From IMG/VR virus record IMGVR_UViG_3300024264_000021, positions 1-64,000 of that record: a DNA stretch of 64,000 bases; one strand, 5' to 3'. Origin of the DNA: an uncultured virus (IMG/VR IMGVR_UViG_3300024264_000021) (Duplodnaviria > Heunggongvirae > Uroviricota > Caudoviricetes). Position 1 is the stretch's first letter. Every line of letters begins with the position of its first letter. Below are positions 1 to 9,700 of the stretch, one piece after another. Position numbers and translations under genes: made by a program. The notes below the pieces were generated by a model. The model ran no database searches. It worked only from the letters and a program-made list of their open reading frames with translations, and was not told the origin of the DNA.

Positions 1-7
1 TTTTGAT

Positions 8-1468
8 TTGATGATTAAAAGATTAAAAGAATTAAAATCTTCTTTATTGAGTTTAATAGAAGCAATAGAATCATTAATTGAAATATTAAGTTTAAGTATA
101 GAATTTGAAGGTGTAATTTATGGAAAATATTGTAGAGAGACAGGATTCGAAGGTTATGATAAACTCGCTTCTGATTTAACAAATACTGATAGCTATTCTA
201 AAGTTCCTAGAATAAATTTTAGACCAAGTGACGTTAGTAGCATTAATACATTATTAAGTAGAATGCGTCAAATTGATCCTGTAGAAACGGAAAATTTTAA
301 GAAAACAATAAATTCTTTATTTGCGCAAACAACAAATCATGACGATAAAAACAAACAAATAGAAGACAATGCTCAAATTCAAGTAGGAAATACAGATAGA
401 GTATCTGAAGCTCAAGCCGCAGCAGCATTGGGAGCGTCAATACAAGAAAAGATAGATAGTCTTTCAGACCTTCCATCAAATATACTTAATATCGGAAGCT
501 CATTGTACGCCAATGTGACAGATATAGGTGTTGTTCCTAAAGAAGAATATGAAAAAAATCAAGATGATAATAGTATTAAAATGTATAAAAGTCAGATTTG
601 GCAAGAGATTTCAAAAATAGAAAAGAAACTTTCAAGTGAATTTGGATTTTCTTTAATTTTATTAAGCTATTTACCAAAAGGAATGAACGTATACCCTATA
701 CGGTTTATTGCTGATGCGTTAGGATTAATAGATGAAGAAGGAGATGCGGTCACACAAGAAGGTTTAACCCCACTAGATGAGCAAACGATACTTGACCTGT
801 TACCTAATAAGACGTTACAAGATTTAGAAAATGATTTATCACAACTGAGTGAAGATACGAATCCTTCGGTGGCCATAAAGGCAGAGCCTATTCCGTATAC
901 AATATCTTTTATCCCATTTAGAACAACAGAAAGTTTTGAATTAAATGATTCAAAAACACTCGCTTTATCTAATGATCCAAATTATTTTACAGGAACCTTG
1001 AACGCAGGCAATTATGAATTTAAACTTTTCGGTAAGTTAAATAATAATTATTTACACGGAGTGACCTCAACTTCAGCAATGGAACTTGTGAGATATTCTA
1101 ATTTAATAACAAATGATTTTACATATCGCTATGAGTTTGAGCTAGGAGTAACTTATGATTCTACACAAGCAGGAACAAATGATATTGTACCTGAGATAAA
1201 TAAAATAAATGTGTATATGGGAGTTTTCTTTGAAGGTAGAGAAAATGCATTTCGTTACGCTAAACAATTAAATGGAGATGCTAGTGAAGTTTTTAAATTT
1301 GGAAGGAGAAAAAAGAAAAAATTTATTGGAGAAATTGTAATAGGTCAAGAAGAGTCCTATGTTTTAAAACCGTATATTCTTATAGGTTATGATAATGGTG
1401 ACTTAGATATGCAAAAACTGACCTTTACCATTACAAGTAGTCAAATATTCTTTTATAGAATAAAATAA
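8..1468 (+). CDS. Hypothetical protein, probably virion-related; likely 5'-truncated by the window edge
   Basis: 486-aa ORF whose frame is open back to the window start; lies directly upstream of gp25. Confidence 0.6.
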   Translation: MMIKRLKELKSSLLSLIEAIESLIEILSLSIEFEGVIYGKYCRETGFEGYDKLASDLTNTDSYSKVPRINFRPSDVSSINTLLSRMRQIDPVETENFKKTINSLFAQTTNHDDKNKQIEDNAQIQVGNTDRVSEAQAAAALGASIQEKIDSLSDLPSNILNIGSSLYANVTDIGVVPKEEYEKNQDDNSIKMYKSQIWQEISKIEKKLSSEFGFSLILLSYLPKGMNVYPIRFIADALGLIDEEGDAVTQEGLTPLDEQTILDLLPNKTLQDLENDLSQLSEDTNPSVAIKAEPIPYTISFIPFRTTESFELNDSKTLALSNDPNYFTGTLNAGNYEFKLFGKLNNNYLHGVTSTSAMELVRYSNLITNDFTYRYEFELGVTYDSTQAGTNDIVPEINKINVYMGVFFEGRENAFRYAKQLNGDASEVFKFGRRKKKKFIGEIVIGQEESYVLKPYILIGYDNGDLDMQKLTFTITSSQIFFYRIK

Positions 1469-1508
1469 AAAAATATACCTTGATAAATAATTTAAAGGTT
1501 TAATTTAA

Positions 1509-1886
1509 ATGTCAAGATTTTCAGATATAGATTTAAAATTTATACCCCATCCCATATCTAAAAAAGTAAAAAATTTAGATGCTAGAACAACTATATTCCG
1601 TGCATTAAATCACATCTTATTCACAAGACCTGGAGAAAGATTATATAACGCTGAGTTTGGAGTAGGTATTCAAGATTATATCTTTGAATTAAACAGTTTT
1701 ATACAACAAGATATTTTAAAAACAAGTATACAAAATCAAATTGAAAACTTTGAAAAAAGAATAGTACTTGAAGATACTCAAATAGAACAAGATGTAAATA
1801 GTATTACAATATACATAAAATACCGATTAAGATCAAATCCTCAAGAACTGATAACGTTTGAGAAAACATTAAAAAGAATACGCTAA
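1509..1886 (+). CDS. gp25: T4-like baseplate wedge subunit gp25
   Basis: SDIDLKF..HP, T.PGERLYN.EFG and IENFEKRI motifs; 125 aa; precedes gp6. Confidence 0.92.
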   Translation: MSRFSDIDLKFIPHPISKKVKNLDARTTIFRALNHILFTRPGERLYNAEFGVGIQDYIFELNSFIQQDILKTSIQNQIENFEKRIVLEDTQIEQDVNSITIYIKYRLRSNPQELITFEKTLKRIR

Positions 1887-1888
1887 CG

Positions 1889-3730
1889 ATGTCAAAAATT
1901 CCATCAGAAAATATCAGCGAATTAGATTTTTTAACAATTAGAAAAAATTTAATAGACTATGTTAAGAACAGTTCAGAATTTAAAGATTATGATTTTGAAG
2001 CATCTGGCTTGAACTTTGTTGTTGATTTATTATCATATAATACACAATATCAATCTTATTATTTAAATCAAGTAGCAAGTGAATTATTTTTAGATACAGC
2101 ACAAAAAAGAAAAAATGCTGCATCAATAGCAAAGCAAATAGGATATTTATCAAATGCAAAAACTGCATCTAAAGCTGAAATAAATTTTAGACTTACTGGA
2201 AATTTATCTGCTAATTATACAAAAAATATATTAGCAGGAACTAAGTTCTTAGGTAAAACAGCCAATGGAAATTTGTATCCATTTATTAGTGAAACTTCTA
2301 TTGTTTTAGCAAATAGTAATCAATTCACATCAAATATAACACTCACTCAAGGCACTTTAATATCAGAAGAAATAGTTGTAAATAATTTATTATTAGAAAA
2401 TAAATTTGAAATTTCTAGTAAAGATATAGATTTAACATACCTTACAGTACATGTTAGAGAAAATGAACTTGAACGATTGCGCACAAAATACAACAGAGTA
2501 TTTGATATTACATTACTTACAGAAGATTCCGAAATATTTTACATAGAACAAAATTATAATGGAAAATATCAAATAATTTTTGGAGATGGAATTTTAGGAA
2601 AAATTATTAAAAATAATAATGTAATTGAATTAAATTATTTGGTTACTTCAGGTGAAGATGCTAATGAGTGTGTAACTTTTGATATTGAAAATAAAAACGA
2701 CTTTGTTAACACGTTTTTAATAGAAACTATTCAATTTTCTTCACAAGGAGAAGATGAAGAAAATGCCGATGATATAAGAAATAATGCAAGAAAATTATAT
2801 TTCAGTCAAAATCGCACAGTCACTGAAAAAGATTATCAAATTATTTTGATGAAATATTTTCCTTTCATAGAATCAATTTCTGTTTGGGGTGGAGAAAAGA
2901 ATACTCCTCCGTTGTATGGTAGTGTATTTTGTGCGATTAAACCAAAAAATAGAGCATTGTTATCTAATTATGAAATAGATTACATAAAGTCAAGACTTGA
3001 CCAATTAAATGTAATTACCATACTACCAAGAATTGTTAATCCCGAATATACTTATATTAAAATTAATGCTAATGTAGTTTATGATTCCTTAGACATTAAT
3101 ATGAATCAAATAGAAATTGTAGATAATGTGAAGAATGTTATATTTGATTATTCTAAAAATAATTTATTAAAATTTTATAGTAATTTTCAATTAGCAAATA
3201 TTACTAAACTTGTAGATGATATAAGTCAATATTTCATGGGTTCATATTTAACTATAAATTTATACAAAAAAAGAAATATTGAAGTTGGGATTGGAGTTTA
3301 TTATAATATAAATTTTAATAACAAGATTAAAAAAGGTTCTTTAACTGCAAGTAGATTTGATTATATTGATAATAATAATAATTTAATATCAAATTGTTAT
3401 CTAAAAGAAAATTCAACATATACAGGCGTTGATATAGTTTTCACAATAAACGTATCCGGTTCAGACGTAGAATTTACACTAAAAGAAAATATAGGTAAAA
3501 TAGATTATGATTCTGGCATTTTTATATTAGAAGGATTTTCACCAACATATATAAGAGAAGATTCATCAGAAATGACATTTGAAATTCAATGTGATGAATT
3601 TATTATTATACCATCTAAAGAACAAATTCTAACAATTTCTATTGATGACATTTATATAACACCTTCTGCATTTATAGATAGGTCATCAACTTCTTCTAAT
3701 TTAGCAAAAGCGGAGTTATTTGATACATGA
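1889..3730 (+). CDS. gp6: T4-like baseplate wedge subunit gp6
   Basis: ELDF..IRKNL, FKDYDFEASGL, DLLSYNT, ELFLDTAQ, FGDGILGK, QNRTVT.KDY, SVWGGE and GKIDYDSG motifs. Confidence 0.95.
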   Translation: MSKIPSENISELDFLTIRKNLIDYVKNSSEFKDYDFEASGLNFVVDLLSYNTQYQSYYLNQVASELFLDTAQKRKNAASIAKQIGYLSNAKTASKAEINFRLTGNLSANYTKNILAGTKFLGKTANGNLYPFISETSIVLANSNQFTSNITLTQGTLISEEIVVNNLLLENKFEISSKDIDLTYLTVHVRENELERLRTKYNRVFDITLLTEDSEIFYIEQNYNGKYQIIFGDGILGKIIKNNNVIELNYLVTSGEDANECVTFDIENKNDFVNTFLIETIQFSSQGEDEENADDIRNNARKLYFSQNRTVTEKDYQIILMKYFPFIESISVWGGEKNTPPLYGSVFCAIKPKNRALLSNYEIDYIKSRLDQLNVITILPRIVNPEYTYIKINANVVYDSLDINMNQIEIVDNVKNVIFDYSKNNLLKFYSNFQLANITKLVDDISQYFMGSYLTINLYKKRNIEVGIGVYYNINFNNKIKKGSLTASRFDYIDNNNNLISNCYLKENSTYTGVDIVFTINVSGSDVEFTLKENIGKIDYDSGIFILEGFSPTYIREDSSEMTFEIQCDEFIIIPSKEQILTISIDDIYITPSAFIDRSSTSSNLAKAELFDT

Positions 3731-6700
3731 CAACTCCTAAAGAATTGGTTGAAAGTCATATTCCAAATTATTTTTTAGAGCAATATCCTCACTTTGTGAA
3801 GTTTATTGAGGAATATTATAATTTTTTAGAATCATCAGTAATACTTCTTACAGATAATAAAAAATTATCCGTGGGTGACATCATATATGGTTCTCTGTCT
3901 AAAGCAAAAGCCATTGTAAAAATAGTTACTAAAGATAGAGTATATTTTGATTATGAAACAGAAACGAATAATTTTTATAGAAATGAATTATTAGTAAATG
4001 GTATTAGCGGTGAAATATATTTTATTAAAAAATTATATAAGAATATACATCAATATGCTCAGGATATAGAGGAAAATACTAATTACGAAACCGCACTCAC
4101 AGTCTTTCAGAAATACTTTAAAAAGAATGTTTCTCTTGATCATAGTATTTTTCGTAGGTTAGACCCAAATATTCTTACCAAAAAAATATTAGATTATTAT
4201 AAAAACAAAGATACTGAAAATTCTTACTATTGGTTTTTTAGAATATTCTTTGATGATATTATAGAATTATATTATCCGAAAGTAGATATACTGAGACTTT
4301 CTGATAGTGGTTATTACGAACAAAATTTAATACAAATTGAATATAATTCTAGCATAAGTAAATTTAATCAAACTCGCATTTATGCACCTAAATCAAAAGC
4401 ATCTGCTATATGTCGTGACATCATAACTAAAAATCAAAATAACACCACAAAGGCCTTTCTTGATTTAGTTTACATTAATGGAACTTTTAAAGAAAATGAA
4501 ATTATAGTAGGATATGATATTACCACAGGATTAGAAGCAGTAAAAGGTGTAATAAAAAATTCAATTACTGGCTTAAAAATAACAGATGGTGGTATTGGTC
4601 ATAAAGTCGGTGATATGTTTAATTATGGTGATGGTAGAGCAGAAATTACAAAACTTAAAAAACATTCTATTACTAATATAAAAATAAATGACCCTGGTTT
4701 ATGCTATCGTGTGGGTGACCCGATTGTTTTTGACAATGCATTTACAAATGTAGAATATACAGCAAGTGCGTATGTTTCAGAAATTGAAGTAAATCCAACT
4801 CTTACTACTTATTTCAATTCTTTTTACAATATATTAAAAAATAGACCAGTATCTTTTTATGAGGATGAAACATTACTAGATGAAGTTTATGAAAATTCCA
4901 TATTGTTTAGAGATGCTACTCCATTAAAAGAATTACCCAGTGATGTTGTTACTGATTTTCAAATGGGTGGTATAAAAGAAATTACATTTGATGATTCCGG
5001 ATTAGGATATGAATTTGCTCCACCTGTTGTTGCAAAAAATCCTTTACCACAAGCAGAGTTATTGAACTATTTTGATGTTATATTTGATAATAACGAAGCA
5101 AATACTGCATATATTCAGAATGATACTTTAGTTTATATGAAAGGTGGCACAAGTACACCTGGAGATTTTAATGAAGCTATTTGTATTGGAGATGTAACTC
5201 TAGATGCTGATGAAGAACAAATATATTTGAGTGACTTGGATATACTCAGTGAAGACGTAGAAGTTAAAAGATTTATAACACTAAGGTCAGTAAAAGATTT
5301 AGAAACGGATACTTTTGTTGAAATTGAATTAGGACAAAATGAAAGATTTGATAACAATCAAATAAAATTAGATACAACTCTAAATGATTTCAGTGAGATA
5401 GGGTTGCCCTTTGGCACAACTTTAAATTTAGAAATAAAAGATTTAATAAAGATTAATCCTCTTGCAAATAGTGCTAAGTTGGAAAGTGTTTTAGGTGATG
5501 GTGTAGCTCAGATTAAAACACTTCAAATGGGTTTAATGACTAAATCAGATGATGTATTTGAATTTATTCACAATCCAGAAGAAAGAGTGTTTAATCAAGA
5601 TGATATCGCACACGGTTTGAAATCAGAATATGAATATGAAGAAGGGTTGTTCATTGATTCTTTTGATTCTTTCTTAGACAACAGAAGTAAATTATCATCA
5701 AACAAATATATTCATGATGGTTATTATTATCAAAATTATTCATATGAAATACGTACTAAAATACCAGCAAGTTTAATAGAACCTTTACTTTTAGATGAAT
5801 TACATCCTGCAGGATTTTTACATTTTATAAGAAATAAATTTGAACTTGAACTTGACTTTAGAATAAAAACACATGAATTGCATGAAATAGAAATAGACAG
5901 CCGTGGCTACATAATTGCTGAAATATTTGAGCATATAGAAGTAGAAAGATTAAATTTTGCAGATGCAACTATTGGTGATGTTATTAATCAAATAGAATTA
6001 GAAAATGAATTTATTCACAATGAGGAGATTGCAACATCTGAATATCCAGAAATAGAAGTAAATGCAATAGCACCGATTTTTGAAGGATTTCGTTTTTTCA
6101 TAGAAGATATTATATCAAAACCTAGTGAAAATTCATTTAGAGATTTTGATGATTATGGAAAAACAAATGAGAAAAATTCAATTATCACTGATACAAGACT
6201 ATATGATGGTATTGTAGCCGTACAATCTTTTGTGAAAATTATAAATGTTGAAGATGAAGCAAACTGGATTGCTGATGTAATTGGATATAGAAAAAATGCA
6301 ATTGGTTCTTTAGATGCAGATAGAACAATTTATAATTTTAGAGTAAGAGTAGAACGTGTATTTGAACATGTGCCAGATATTGCAAAGGGTGGATATATTG
6401 TAGTAAGAGATCCATTTACCGATTTATATGAACCAAGATTTAGTTCTGATTTACAACAATTTAGCAACGCAGAAATAGAATTTTCTGATACAGAAAGAAA
6501 TGAATATCTACCATTAGTTTCAGGAAATACATTATCCGGCAAAGGTTCTTATTTACCAAATGCAGAAATACTTACAAGAGATTATGGTTGGGTAACTTTT
6601 GAAAATCTAGAACCCTATATGCATGTTGCTAATGTGAAAGAAGATGGTGTTATAGTTTGGCAATTGCCAGATAGTATAGCAACAAGAGAATATAATGGAA

Positions 6701-9700
6701 TAATGCATCAGTATACAGATCATTCAAGTGTGTCTATAACAGTTTCTCCAGACCAAGAATTAGCTTTAGTTACATCAAATAAAATAATTAAAGGACGAAA
6801 ACTATCATCAAAAACAAAACCACCAACAGAACTAGACTTTTTAGCAGTACCTGATGAAACATTAGCCGGTACGGGTAAAAGAGCAATAATGGAATTGAGA
6901 GATATTGATAAAGAAATAGATAAGATTGAAGTTCCATACACAGGATTATTATACTGTCTGACATTGAAGAATAATCAAGATACAATTAAAGTTCCTTTTG
7001 AAGTAGATGAAGGTATATTAGAAGTAATTAGTTGGCAATCATTTATTGAAAATAATTATACTTTACCAAAAGTAACGAAGATAGAAAAAACATTCATTAA
7101 TGTAGATTATGAAAATGTAGCCATAGACCTTGAAAGTTATAGTATAATGCAACCAAGGTCAAATACAATAATATTTGACTATAATACAGTAGATTCAACC
7201 CCTTATCCGATAGTAAATCCTTCGGAAATTTTTTTTTTAACTTCAGCGGAAACACAGCCAACAACACAACCCTCACCCCAAGGGCCGTTGACAGTGGAAC
7301 CCCTACGGACGACTTTCCAGAATAGTGATGTAATTACAGATGAAGTAGATGTAGTATTAACATTAGCTTATCAGCAAGAATTCAAAACTGTATTAGATAC
7401 ATTTGAACATAAATTAACTGAACGACCGACAACATTTACTTCATTTTCTATTAATATAAAAGACTTTTTATTCTTTGAAAGTACAAGCACATTATCCAAT
7501 GACTCTTTTACTGATACTGCAATACGCTCAGTAACAGATGTTCCCCTCCATGTTGTTATTAATATTGATGAACAAATATTACCACTTTCTATTCAATCAT
7601 CTGATGAAGAAAATAATAGTGCGGTATTTTTAAATATTGAGTCTACTGCTGCAAAGTTTGATATTCAGCCGGCTATGGATAAACCCAAAAATAGAATATC
7701 AACACTGTCTTTTGAAAACAGAATACCTGCAATACGTGGAAAAATACCTAAGATTTTCCGAGAAGCGATTCTAATAAATTCAGATGATGATAAGAAAATA
7801 ACACAAATATCTATTGCAGATATTGAAACAGTTCTTTGTCCTGACCATCAATTTGAACCAAAAGCAAAAGTTGTAATTTTAAATTTCTTTGAGGAGTTTG
7901 AAAAGAATAGAGTAAGTTCTCTAATATTATTAGGAAGTATAAATGCGCATCCAGGAACAGAATCTGGATTACCAAGTGTTGAAGTAGAAGATGATAAAAT
8001 TTTAAATTATCACCACATAGATTCATTACAATTAAAAGAACCTGATTTAAGATATGTAATTACAAGATTAAATTTTGCAGATTCAAGTAGTGATACTGAC
8101 CCTGTTATATATTATACCTTTGTGAATTCTACAAACAAAAGCGCATATGGTATAAAACCATCTTCTTATTTTGATTCGGATGAATTAACTTTTGATAGTT
8201 ATGATAATTTTACATTTGATGAAGATAGTTTACTACCTGAAAGAAAATTATTTCAAGAAAGCGAAAATTTTAATGTTGATACTCTAGTTACTTTTGAAAA
8301 TATTGAAGACTTGGATAACTTAAAACCAATATACAACGAAGATAATTTTATAATTTGGTCAACCATAGTTGCTAATGATGTAAATTCTGGTGATATTGAT
8401 TTTATGAGTGTGCATGTGAATCACATTAATAATTTTGCATTTGAACCTTTCAGTTTAGACCCATCATTACCTAGCAAATCAATTCAACAAGACTTTACCG
8501 TAATACCCCCACCTGTTCATAAATTTGTTGGTATATCAGAATCTGGATTTGATCCATTGTCCACTCTAGTAAGTGGAGGTGATAACCCTGCAGTAACTGA
8601 TGTAACACCTTTAGAAACAGATGTAAATCGTAAAATATTTGTTGATGTTTTAAATAGAAATTTATTTTTTAATTTTGATGAAAAAATTGTTGATTACAAA
8701 AACAATTTTATAGTTTATAATCTCCATAAAAAATATAAACCATATTTGGGTGACACAATGCCCGCCACAAGCGCATTGTCAGAACCCTTTTTGTATACAA
8801 GTCCTAAATCAAAGGATTTATCTACAGTATTAGACAAAGAAACTATTTATTTTGCCAACACTGTTATTTTAGATTCTTCTACGGAAGTCATTAGTAAAAC
8901 AGATATAGAAAATCATTTTGAGATAGAAGATAGAAGAAAATACATAACATTAGATACTCAATTTGAGAATTGGAAAAGGCAATTTATTGCTGGATATCTT
9001 CCTGTTAAATTTTCAGATTATGTTTTAGATAAAATACCAAGTGCATTTATTCAAGATGCGATTATTATAAGTAAACGGACAGCAAATGAGGATGTAAGTC
9101 CTCTCGTACATCCAAACAGCATATTCTCAGATGCAGCGCCTCCAGCTATTTATTTTGAATTAGAACTTGCAGAAGCACAAACCGAAATAAAAATTCCTAT
9201 TATAATTGAAGATAGAAATAAGTATGTAGATTTAGGAGATATCATTTTACCATGGACTCCTATTTTAATTAAGGATTATTCTAGAATAAAAATGGATGAT
9301 TATATTCTGGATAAATTACCTTCAGTAAGAATAGATGGTACTTACATAAGAAATGAGAGACAATCAAATACAGAATTACTCACTAATTTTGAATTGTTTT
9401 CATCTCTTTATGGAAACACAACATTTTTAGATTCTAGTTTTGATATCATGGGTGAAATAGAAGAAGACATTGAAAACAATATTATTGATAGAAATAAACT
9501 TATAATTAGAAGTGATTATATCTACCCATATGAATTTACAATCATAGAACATTTTATGAGACCATGGGTTATACGTGAATATAGTCAAGATACATTACCA
9601 TCTGTAACTGCATATCTTGAAGTAGTGCCGATTACAGATTATGTTGAAAATATGGAAGTCATTAATATTGATAATAGAATATTAACAGGAAATACAACAT

